Below, piece after piece: positions 46,550 through 55,172 of a stretch of DNA of 64,000 nt. Location of the stretch: the sequence record LT603033.1, one strand, 5' to 3'. Under the pieces are notes generated by a model. The model was not told where the DNA came from. It saw nothing but the letters and a program-made list of their open reading frames with translations, and searched no databases. The position numbers were made by a program, and so were the translations under genes. Each line of letters opens with the position of its first letter. The first letter of the stretch is position 1.

Positions 46550-47164
46550 ATGACTACATCGGAAAAGTACTGGTGGATTTTGGCTCATCCTAAATTCATA
46601 AACAAAGATATGGTTCCAGCTAGGATTGATATAGAACCTCATGATGTGTGTCCAATGACAAATCGAATTGAAGATTTCAAAGCATTGAATACAAAGACTC
46701 AATTTTGGGTAGAATTTCTTTCACCAATGTATATTGAGCAAGACGACGAATGGGTACAAGCACATGATTATCAATTGGATTGTGGTGGTGATACGTATGA
46801 AGAGGCGATTGATAAATTATACAAAAATGTGCTAAACACATATGGTGATTACACCCAACAAGAAGCAGATAACACATTTAATAAGATCCATGCATTCAAA
46901 TCTACTCCATCAATTTTTAATCCCACTAAAACTGTTTGGGAGGAACGACACAGTTGGAGTTCATGTGTAATCGATGAAGAAACCAAAGAAAAAATCATCG
47001 ATGATATAAAAAATTTAAAAAATACGATAGAAGCCTTGCGTGAATTCATAATGTCTTGTACAATAGAACAACAGAAAGAGGCAAAGATACATTTGGAGAG
47101 TGAAGAATGTAAACTTTGGGTTCTAGAGAAATCTATTGAAAAGGGTATAGACTTAGACTTATGA
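46550..47164 (+). CDS. Hypothetical protein
   Basis: GGAG RBS. Confidence 0.8.
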   Translation: MTTSEKYWWILAHPKFINKDMVPARIDIEPHDVCPMTNRIEDFKALNTKTQFWVEFLSPMYIEQDDEWVQAHDYQLDCGGDTYEEAIDKLYKNVLNTYGDYTQQEADNTFNKIHAFKSTPSIFNPTKTVWEERHSWSSCVIDEETKEKIIDDIKNLKNTIEALREFIMSCTIEQQKEAKIHLESEECKLWVLEKSIEKGIDLDL

Positions 47165-47529
47165 ATAGTAAATTGGAGAAACTAATCGAAGAATTACGCC
47201 AGATGCCACCTATTGAACAAGTAGGAAATTACAAACGGTATCGTGTTATTGCTCGTGCACTTGATAAAAAAGGTAGAGTACTGGCAACTCGCACAAATTC
47301 TTATACACAGACTCACCCAGTACAGAAGGGTTTCGCCATTCGTGCTGGGCGACCGCAAGGTGAGTTTCTTCATGCTGAAATTTCATGTTTACTGGCTGCT
47401 CGTGCTGATGTTCATACTTTACTGATTGCACGGATAAGTAAAGATGGAATTCCTGTTCCGGCTAAACCATGTGAAATTTGCTCATTAGCAATAAAAGAAT
47501 ATGGGGTGAAAGAGATTATCCACACATGA
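47161..47529 (+). CDS. Zinc-dependent cytidine/nucleotide deaminase-fold protein
   Basis: FLHAEI ... AKPCEIC ... YGVKEI. Confidence 0.8.
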   Translation: MNSKLEKLIEELRQMPPIEQVGNYKRYRVIARALDKKGRVLATRTNSYTQTHPVQKGFAIRAGRPQGEFLHAEISCLLAARADVHTLLIARISKDGIPVPAKPCEICSLAIKEYGVKEIIHT

Positions 47530-47747
47530 AAATTGAAAGATATGCTAAGCATACTGTTGGGTGTGTAAATGATATATTCTATTATTATATTTTTGCACCT
47601 GAACTACGTTTTCAAATCACAACATACAATGATGGCAGATTTAAAGATACAAACTTCCTCATAACCGACTTAGCAAAGTATGCGAATACAGAACATTTTA
47701 ATCATTTAGTATTTGTGTACTGTATACCAAACCCAAATAAAAAGTAG
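47526..47747 (+). CDS. Small hypothetical
   Basis: ATGA-coupled. Confidence 0.65.
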   Translation: MKIERYAKHTVGCVNDIFYYYIFAPELRFQITTYNDGRFKDTNFLITDLAKYANTEHFNHLVFVYCIPNPNKK

Positions 47748-47757
47748 GAGATTAAAA

Positions 47758-48117
47758 ATGGCTAAAACAATTTCTTTAAAAAATGAAAATGTAGGACAAC
47801 GCAAAGATGGTTTCTTTGGTTTTTCTTGGACAACATTATTCTTTGGACCGTTCCCTGCATTGTTTCGTGGTGACTTTATTACGTTCATCGGTGCATTCGT
47901 AATTTACTTCATCCTCAACGCAGTGTCATTTTGGATTGTGGGTACAATTGCAATGGTTGTATGGGCATTTCTTTATAATAAGTACTACACCGTGAATCTC
48001 ATCAAGAATGGGTATAAATTCAATGGCACACATGAAGAAAATGCTGAAGCTGCAATGGCTTTGCAAATTGATTTGAATAAAAACAACACAGTTGATAAAA
48101 ATAAAGATCCTGAATAA
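47758..48117 (+). CDS. Membrane protein (HrgC/DUF2628-like)
   Basis: AGGAG RBS; GFSWTTLFFGPFPALFRGD, YNK.Y...LIK.GY. Confidence 0.7.
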   Translation: MAKTISLKNENVGQRKDGFFGFSWTTLFFGPFPALFRGDFITFIGAFVIYFILNAVSFWIVGTIAMVVWAFLYNKYYTVNLIKNGYKFNGTHEENAEAAMALQIDLNKNNTVDKNKDPE

Positions 48118-48336
48118 ATGGAAAAATACGATATAATTTACGATTATTATGGTAAGGCTTATATGAAGTGTGGGCGTTATGTTGAACTCTCTAATAGAGA
48201 ATCAATAGATCCCCACACTCTTATAACAATTCATAATTCGTACTATAAAAAAGTTACAATAGCTAATTTTGCAACATACGTAAATAATCCTTTATTTCCT
48301 TACATTATTCAGTACTACTGTAGAGTTATCAAATAA
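48118..48336 (+). CDS. Small hypothetical
   Basis: Abuts upstream stop. Confidence 0.6.
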   Translation: MEKYDIIYDYYGKAYMKCGRYVELSNRESIDPHTLITIHNSYYKKVTIANFATYVNNPLFPYIIQYYCRVIK

Positions 48337-48347
48337 GGTAAAAAGAA

Positions 48348-48758
48348 ATGTTAGCTGATGAATTTATGTCACTAAGTATCAAGATATTTGATATACTAGG
48401 TGATGAAACAGATTTCAATCTAAGCGACAAAGATATTCCATTGGAAGATGGTGGATACTTTTTTGCGATTGGAACTACGTATAATCTGGATCTTTCAAAG
48501 CCTATCAGTGATGATAGTGATTATAATGCAACAACATATTTTGATTTCCAGCTTGAAGGACATAAAGAGCGTTTACTAACGTACAGACGTAAAGGTAGTT
48601 TCAATAGAACCGAGATTACAATAATGGATTTTGAAAAACGCATTGAACTAGCTAAGAAACATCCATTCATCAGTACTCATACATTTAATAGACTAATCGA
48701 TCTATTAGATAATTATCCATATACAATCCGAGGGTCGTTACGTTTAAATGCAGAATGA
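48348..48758 (+). CDS. Hypothetical protein
   Basis: TAAGG RBS. Confidence 0.75.
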   Translation: MLADEFMSLSIKIFDILGDETDFNLSDKDIPLEDGGYFFAIGTTYNLDLSKPISDDSDYNATTYFDFQLEGHKERLLTYRRKGSFNRTEITIMDFEKRIELAKKHPFISTHTFNRLIDLLDNYPYTIRGSLRLNAE

Positions 48759-48933
48759 AATCTTCAAAAAAGAATACGATGGTGAAAGTCTCTATGATAT
48801 TCAAAGAGACGTACATGAAGCCTTCGATTCAAGATTTAACCCATTAGCTGAACAAATCCCACAAGATGAGTTTGGTTTTCAGGAAGGCACTTTCACAGTG
48901 ACTATTACATGGAGTCCAGATGAGACTAGCTAA
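48748..48933 (+). CDS. Small acidic hypothetical
   Basis: Overlapping ORF. Confidence 0.65.
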   Translation: MQNEIFKKEYDGESLYDIQRDVHEAFDSRFNPLAEQIPQDEFGFQEGTFTVTITWSPDETS

Positions 48934-49036
48934 ACTTGTCATAGGTTGTAGTGCACTTGCTGCATATATGCTTTTTTCCGCACCAACCAATGTATTACTG
49001 TTAATTTGGGCAGTTGTTATATTAGCAGTACTTTAA
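48920..49036 (+). CDS. 38-aa hydrophobic peptide (not in ORF track)
   Basis: GGAG RBS; MRLAKLVIGCSALAAYMLFSAPTNVLLLIWAVVILAVL; stop runs into terminator. Confidence 0.65.
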   Translation: MRLAKLVIGCSALAAYMLFSAPTNVLLLIWAVVILAVL

Positions 49037-49058
49037 AGCACCCTAGTGGTGCTTTTTC
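49035..49058 (+). terminator. Intrinsic terminator
   Basis: AAAGCACC-ctagt-GGTGCTTT plus T. Confidence 0.85.
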
Positions 49059-49195
49059 TATTTGTGCAAATAAAAACCAATGTGACTTTTCCTTGATATA
49101 GGTCAAGAGAAATAACCTGTTCTGACGCTATAATGTTGTCTGGTGATATTAAATATCTTCACCCCCATATGATTTCAAAATACAAGGAATGTACA

Positions 49196-51001
49196 ATGCA
49201 ATTAGATAAATTATATACTGACGTAACGAATTTCCTCAATCAGAGCAATACTGATCTTACCAACGAAAATGCGAACAAAGATGCGAAATGCGTCAATACA
49301 CACAGGGATTTACTTGCAGGTATCCTATCTAAGCATTATTCACAAGATGTTATTCCAAATGAGCTAATGCAGTGGCATAATGATGGTTATGGTCATATTC
49401 ATGATTTAGACTACTATATCAGCCCATTAACCAACTGTTGCTTAGTTAACTACCCAGATATGCTAAAAAATGGATTTACCATTGGTTGTGCCAAAATTGA
49501 AGAACCAAAGAGTTTTAGTGTAGCATGTACAGTACTGACACAGATTGTACAAGCTGTAGCTAGTTCCCAATACGGCGGTCAATCGTTGGCTCACATTGAT
49601 GTCGGTTTAGAACCTTACGTTCAAAAGTCATGGGATAAGCTGTTAGAAAAACAAAAGAAATATAATCTAAGTGATGAGTTCATTGAAGAAGAATTACGAA
49701 AAGAAGTATACGATGGATGTCAAACATTACTTTACCAGACTAATTCAATGATTAGCACTAATGGACAAGCTGCATTCATTTCTCTTAGTTTAGGGCTTAA
49801 TACTTCTAAATTTGGTAAATTAATCACTGAACAGTACTTAAAAGTTCATGAGAATGGTTTAGGTAAAGATAAGATTACTCCAGTGTTTCCTAAAGTAATT
49901 TTCTTTTTACAAGATGGTATAAACATGAATACCAATGATAGTAATTATGACCTTAAACAGTTAGCTATGCGTTGTGCATCAAAACGAATCTACCCAGACT
50001 TTGTTTCAGTTCCATTAAATCACAAAGTGACGGGAAGTAGTAGTACTGCTGTAACACCGATGGGATGTCGTTCATTCTTAGGAAAATGGGAAGATTCAAA
50101 TGGAAATGAACAATACAACGGTCGTTTCAATTTAGGTGTGGTTTCTATCAATTTACCTCTAATTGCTCTTGAGAGTGATTCTGATGGAGAGTTTTTTGAT
50201 AAGATAGACGAGCATATGAATATTGCATATCGTGCTCAGATGAACCGTGTGGAGCGTTTAAAAGGCACTAAAGCGAAGCAGAATCCAATTTTGTTCATGG
50301 AAGGTGCATTAGCACGTTTAGGTGCAGAAGAAACCATTGACAAGCTATTTTACAATGGTTATGCTAGTATTAGTATTGGTTATGTTGGTCTTGTTGAATG
50401 TTCAGAAATCCTCACTGGTTCTATCAGTAAGGAGTTTTGTATGTCAGTACTGAATTATATGAAAGTAAAATGTGATGAGTTCAAAAAAGAAAGTAATATT
50501 GCTTTTAGTCTATATGGAACTCCAGCAGAGTCGCTTTGTTATAAATTTGCACGTTGCATTGAAGCAAAATATCCTTCAGTACTAAAACGTGATTACATCA
50601 CAAATTCCTTCCATCAACCAGTATGGGTAGAAAGTTCTCCATTTGATAAATGGAGTTATGAAGAAGGGTTTGCTTACCTAAGTAACGGTGGAAACATCAG
50701 TTATGTTGAATCTCCAAACTTAGCAAACAACATTCAAGCACTTGAAACATTAGTTAACTATGCGTACACTAAGATACCATATTTTGGTATTAACCAACCA
50801 GTTGACCATTGTTATGAATGTGGCTTCCAGGGTGAGTTCAGTGTAGATAAACATGGTTTCCACTGTCCTGTATGTGATAATCGTAATGAGAAGACAATCT
50901 CAGTGATTCGTCGTGTTTCTGGGTACTTGGGTAATCCTTCTTCGCGTGGCTTCAATAAAGGCAAGCAACAAGAGTGTTGTGAGCGTATTCAGCACAAATA
51001 A
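49196..51001 (+). CDS. nrdD: Anaerobic (class III) ribonucleotide reductase, large subunit, no ATP cone
   Basis: AAGGA RBS; ENANKD, HIHDLDY, NCC, QYGGQ, PMGCRS, RFNLGVVSINLP, YGTPAESL, Zn-site Cys pairs, RRVSGYLG. Confidence 0.96.
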   Translation: MQLDKLYTDVTNFLNQSNTDLTNENANKDAKCVNTHRDLLAGILSKHYSQDVIPNELMQWHNDGYGHIHDLDYYISPLTNCCLVNYPDMLKNGFTIGCAKIEEPKSFSVACTVLTQIVQAVASSQYGGQSLAHIDVGLEPYVQKSWDKLLEKQKKYNLSDEFIEEELRKEVYDGCQTLLYQTNSMISTNGQAAFISLSLGLNTSKFGKLITEQYLKVHENGLGKDKITPVFPKVIFFLQDGINMNTNDSNYDLKQLAMRCASKRIYPDFVSVPLNHKVTGSSSTAVTPMGCRSFLGKWEDSNGNEQYNGRFNLGVVSINLPLIALESDSDGEFFDKIDEHMNIAYRAQMNRVERLKGTKAKQNPILFMEGALARLGAEETIDKLFYNGYASISIGYVGLVECSEILTGSISKEFCMSVLNYMKVKCDEFKKESNIAFSLYGTPAESLCYKFARCIEAKYPSVLKRDYITNSFHQPVWVESSPFDKWSYEEGFAYLSNGGNISYVESPNLANNIQALETLVNYAYTKIPYFGINQPVDHCYECGFQGEFSVDKHGFHCPVCDNRNEKTISVIRRVSGYLGNPSSRGFNKGKQQECCERIQHK

Positions 51002-51009
51002 GGTAAATT

Positions 51010-51342
51010 ATGGATTTAAAGCCAATTGTGGTTAACAAATACAAAGAACCGTATGATGTGTATATTGGACGTGGGTCTAAATGGGGAAACCCATTTACCC
51101 ATATTAAAGATAAACAAACCAAAGCCGAGTTCATTGTTAGTACAAGAGAAGAATCAATTGAAAAATTCAGAGAATACATTATTGAACGTATTTCTTGTGG
51201 AGAAGTTAAGATTGATGAATTACTTGAACTCGCAGGGAAACGCCTTGGTTGTTTCTGTAAACCAAAATCATGTCACGGCGATGTTCTTGTCGAAATAGTG
51301 AGTGCAATATTAGATGAATTACCAGACGATAATCAAGGATGA
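51010..51342 (+). CDS. DUF4326-like protein
   Basis: YDVYIGRGSKWGNPF, L.GKRLGCFCKPKSCHGDVL. Confidence 0.85.
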   Translation: MDLKPIVVNKYKEPYDVYIGRGSKWGNPFTHIKDKQTKAEFIVSTREESIEKFREYIIERISCGEVKIDELLELAGKRLGCFCKPKSCHGDVLVEIVSAILDELPDDNQG

Positions 51343-51784
51343 TTTAGTAAATGGAGAGGGCGTTCGCTGCTCTTTATTTGTTAGTGGGTGTTCGCACGGA
51401 TGTGATGGTTGCTTCAATGAAGAAGCATGGGATTACAGAAGTGGTCAATTGTTCAGTACTGAAACAGTTGAGATTATACTACAGGAACTAAAAAAACCAT
51501 ATGTTAGTGGTTTGTCACTTCTAGGCGGCGATCCATTAATGAAAAAGAATATAGATGAAGTTTTAAATCTATGCAAAGTAGTTAAAGAAACTTATCCTAG
51601 TAAAACTATTTGGTGCTGGAGTGGGTATACTTTAGATGAGATTATGAAAAATCATGCTAAAGATATACTTCAGTACTTAGATGTATTAGTTGATGGTAAA
51701 TTTATTGAGTCCGAAAAGAATTTAAAATTACCTTTCCGTGGTTCAAATAATCAAAGAATACTATATAAAAATAAAGATTTTTAG
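51314..51784 (+). CDS. nrdG: Anaerobic RNR activase (radical SAM)
   Basis: NGEGVRCSLFVSGCSHGCDGCFN, LLGGDP, VDG.F, FRGSNNQR. Confidence 0.94.
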   Translation: MNYQTIIKDDLVNGEGVRCSLFVSGCSHGCDGCFNEEAWDYRSGQLFSTETVEIILQELKKPYVSGLSLLGGDPLMKKNIDEVLNLCKVVKETYPSKTIWCWSGYTLDEIMKNHAKDILQYLDVLVDGKFIESEKNLKLPFRGSNNQRILYKNKDF

Positions 51785-51787
51785 CAT

Positions 51788-51810
51788 AAGCACCCGTTGG
51801 GTGCTTTTTT
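51788..51810 (+). terminator. Intrinsic terminator
   Basis: AAGCACCC-gtt-GGGTGCTT plus T run. Confidence 0.85.
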
Positions 51811-51818
51811 ATTATGTA

Positions 51819-51826
51819 TATAAATA
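51819..51826 (+). promoter_or_regulatory. T4-type late promoter
   Basis: TATAAATA just upstream of structural-type genes. Confidence 0.75.
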
Positions 51827-51860
51827 CATTAACTAATATCTAATTTATAAGGGATATATA

Positions 51861-54557
51861 ATGTCAAAGAAAATATATGGTGGCTTAGATGTCACACATA
51901 ATGTGACAGTTAATGGTAAAAGAACAATTCAAGGAATAAATGAACAAGTTTTTGATTCCAACGGTAACTTGGAATTAGATACTTATTCCAGAGATGAAGT
52001 ACTAGATATAGTAAGTATGATGCCAATCTCCCATTATGGTTCACAAAACTATCTACCTGCGGGTGTTTCTGGGGATTTCAATGGTGCATCAGAAAACCAG
52101 TCACAACGTAGAAATAAAATTTTATTAGAAAACGATGGTACACTAGTACTTTTACGTAGTGGGACAAACGGTAGTGTTGAGGGATTATTTTATTCATATT
52201 TGGCTAACGCATTATCAGTTGATGACATGAGCCGTACAATTAACACCAGTCGTCAATACAAGCCTGGATTTTTTGGTTCAAATAGAGTTGCGATTGGTTT
52301 ATACAATACTGATCCAAATATTTTACTCGGTAGATATATTGATACTTCTAACAGTACTAATGGTTTGTTCATATCAATTACCAATGGTACATTAGATGAT
52401 AAATTGCATACTGGTTTTTTCGTTAACCAAGCAGATATATCACCTGAAGGTGGTATTGAATATGCTATGATGGCAGAAGATGGTTCTATATATGTTTTTA
52501 ACGTACTTAATGAAAATAACCAACTACAATTAGTTGTTGTTAAAGTTGTTTATAATATAAGCAATGGTACTTATACTGCAACTCGAATTACTGGATGGAC
52601 TACTAAAACATTTTATAACACGACATATTCTGCACAAAATAATATGGTTATTACTAATCAGGTAATATCAACAAATATTGCTGATAAACCTTATGCTTAT
52701 GTCCCACAAAATCTACGCGGTATTGGGATTTACATGACATCAATTGATTTATATGTTGCACAGCAGCCAGGAACGCAGAATTTCCGCTTTAGAATGAACG
52801 GGGACGCTTGGTTTACAATGGCAACATATAATACACGTCCACAACATAGTTACAGTTTTGTGTTCAATATGAGTACTAAACAATGTACATTAGATGCAGG
52901 TAACGATATTGGTTCATATCAAGCACCATTAGTTATAACTAATACTGGTTCGGCATTAGTTCCTACTGGTAACGTTTTAAATAACGATCCATTGTATAAC
53001 CATGCAAATGCAAGAAACATTTATAGTTCATATTTTTATTTGAATTCTGGTGAAGCTTTTTGTACTGCATGTCCAAACTTAGCAGAACCATTACTTATGC
53101 AAAAAGCTAAGTTTCCTATTCAAATAGTTTATAGTATGCTGAATGTCCGTGCTGTACTTTCTACTGACTTCAAAGGTGGTATAGTTCGCCCGTCTTTTGG
53201 ATCAGCGGTTGGTTCATTTATTAATGGTGTAGAATTACTACCAGATAACAGTACTAAACAATATTCACGTGCTTCGGGTAGTGGTGGATTTAGACCATCA
53301 TATGCAGTTCATAAAAGTACTCCTAATTTTACATTTAAATCATTATCTTTAGGAACAATACAAGGTTATGAACCTACGGTCGAACGTGCTAATGTTGATG
53401 ATAATGCAAATAATAGAATTTTTATTAGTAGTATTTCTGGGTCAACTGTCACAACCAATGGTGGTATTTTTATGGTTGGGCAACGTTATTCACAATCATT
53501 ATCCTATGATAAAAACTTAAATGGCACAGGAATTATAAGCGTTACACAATCAGTACTGGACAATTTTAGAAATACTGAATATGCCAAAGTTCTAAGTGAT
53601 TGGAATTTATCAGCACAAGCATACCGTGATATGACACTATTTGTTCCACAACAAACAGACATTCCAGCTTTTGTTATGTTGAGTACAATTACTAATGATT
53701 ATAGAAACTATATTAGAATTGCTGAAGTTAATGTCAATACTAGAGTTGGTAATATTACATCTATTACATTTAAGCGTTTAGTACTTGAGAATACTTATGG
53801 TGATAACTTTACACCAACTGGGAATGGTTCGATTGCATCTTCTTCTGTTGGTTTGACAATATATGATGGTGGTTCATTCTACTTCATTGGTGGTTCTGAC
53901 CCATTATCACATCCAACAATAGGTAATACTGCAACTCATCAATTTAGAGCATATGTAACTAAATCAACTGCACAATTTACAAGTTTTATAATTACTGGAT
54001 CTCATGCCAGTTATGAACAAGGAAGTCAACCAGCAGCATTACCTGGTATTGGTTTTGGAATTTTTGAACCAATGGATTACTCAAATAAAATGACATTCAA
54101 AAAATATGGAACAACGATTGCAGACTATAATAACTGGACTGCACAAGGTAGCCCAATTAACGTAGTATCCCAGGACGTTGCTCAAGGGTTTATTGTATAT
54201 TTTACAGAGGAAACACCAGTTATTCTTTCAGGTAAGTCATTTTCACTACCAGTTTCAAATATTGATTTGAGAACTATTAAGTCTAATCCAGCAAATACAA
54301 CATTTTATGTATATGTTAAATTGGAACAAGGATTGGCAAACTATTACATAACTACTGATGTTATTTCTGAAACAGGAACAACTGCATATAATATTTTTTG
54401 GATAGGTACAATTCAAACTAATGCAATTCAAATCGAAACAATTAATATACAAAAACGTTCCCGTTTAGATATATTTGGTGCTTCACTTGAATCAGCAGGT
54501 TCATCGTTCCCAGTTAGCTACGGTCTACCATCACAAACAGGAACCATAAACTGGTAA
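51861..54557 (+). CDS. Putative virion structural protein (tail/baseplate-associated), paralog A
   Basis: Late promoter; T/S/N/G-rich beta-type composition; N and C modules shared with next two ORFs. Confidence 0.65.
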   Translation: MSKKIYGGLDVTHNVTVNGKRTIQGINEQVFDSNGNLELDTYSRDEVLDIVSMMPISHYGSQNYLPAGVSGDFNGASENQSQRRNKILLENDGTLVLLRSGTNGSVEGLFYSYLANALSVDDMSRTINTSRQYKPGFFGSNRVAIGLYNTDPNILLGRYIDTSNSTNGLFISITNGTLDDKLHTGFFVNQADISPEGGIEYAMMAEDGSIYVFNVLNENNQLQLVVVKVVYNISNGTYTATRITGWTTKTFYNTTYSAQNNMVITNQVISTNIADKPYAYVPQNLRGIGIYMTSIDLYVAQQPGTQNFRFRMNGDAWFTMATYNTRPQHSYSFVFNMSTKQCTLDAGNDIGSYQAPLVITNTGSALVPTGNVLNNDPLYNHANARNIYSSYFYLNSGEAFCTACPNLAEPLLMQKAKFPIQIVYSMLNVRAVLSTDFKGGIVRPSFGSAVGSFINGVELLPDNSTKQYSRASGSGGFRPSYAVHKSTPNFTFKSLSLGTIQGYEPTVERANVDDNANNRIFISSISGSTVTTNGGIFMVGQRYSQSLSYDKNLNGTGIISVTQSVLDNFRNTEYAKVLSDWNLSAQAYRDMTLFVPQQTDIPAFVMLSTITNDYRNYIRIAEVNVNTRVGNITSITFKRLVLENTYGDNFTPTGNGSIASSSVGLTIYDGGSFYFIGGSDPLSHPTIGNTATHQFRAYVTKSTAQFTSFIITGSHASYEQGSQPAALPGIGFGIFEPMDYSNKMTFKKYGTTIADYNNWTAQGSPINVVSQDVAQGFIVYFTEETPVILSGKSFSLPVSNIDLRTIKSNPANTTFYVYVKLEQGLANYYITTDVISETGTTAYNIFWIGTIQTNAIQIETINIQKRSRLDIFGASLESAGSSFPVSYGLPSQTGTINW

Positions 54558-54568
54558 AGGATTACATA

Positions 54569-55156
54569 ATGGCATATAAAATAAGAGCAGACCTTAAGGC
54601 AATGCAACAAGTAACAGTTCAGGGTAAAAGTACTGGTCTTGGTGTATTAGGTAATAATATGACTTATTACCCAACAAATTCAAATGGGGAATGTACATTC
54701 CCCTCTATTACCAAAGATGAAGTTAACTTTATTGTCAATGGATTACCACTTACACAATACGGAGAATTGTATGATGACGCTAGTCTAAATATTACTTCAT
54801 CAGGCTATAGTCTTACATTTAACAGACAGATACCATCATTTATTGGTGGTTATCTTTATAAATTTCCAGCAGTTTCTATTTTTGCTTCAACTGTTTCATC
54901 TGGAACACAAACACAATACGTATATGCAACGTTAGTTCTCGGTGAACCAATTTATAAAATATCACCAACACAAATACAAGAATCTGAAATTATAATGTTT
55001 ATTGGAACACTGACCGTTGGTACAAGTGGTATTACAAATATAAACATTAATAAAGTATCCAGATTTAGTACATATAGACCTAGTGTTACACAAAAAGGTT
55101 CTTCATTCCCAGTCAGTACTGGAAAACCATCAGAAACTGGTACAATTGGTTGGTAA
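54569..55156 (+). CDS. Putative virion protein, short paralog B (N plus C modules only)
   Basis: KDEV..IV..LP...YG; GSSFPVSTG.PS.TGTI.W. Confidence 0.65.
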   Translation: MAYKIRADLKAMQQVTVQGKSTGLGVLGNNMTYYPTNSNGECTFPSITKDEVNFIVNGLPLTQYGELYDDASLNITSSGYSLTFNRQIPSFIGGYLYKFPAVSIFASTVSSGTQTQYVYATLVLGEPIYKISPTQIQESEIIMFIGTLTVGTSGITNININKVSRFSTYRPSVTQKGSSFPVSTGKPSETGTIGW

Positions 55157-55172
55157 ATTAAGGAAAAGAAAG

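Noticed and set aside
49060-49195. NrdR box or riboswitch ahead of nrdD; extended start at 49133
   Set aside because: No good match to the NrdR palindrome and only short stems. ATG 49196 has the AAGGA RBS and matches the T4-like N-terminus.
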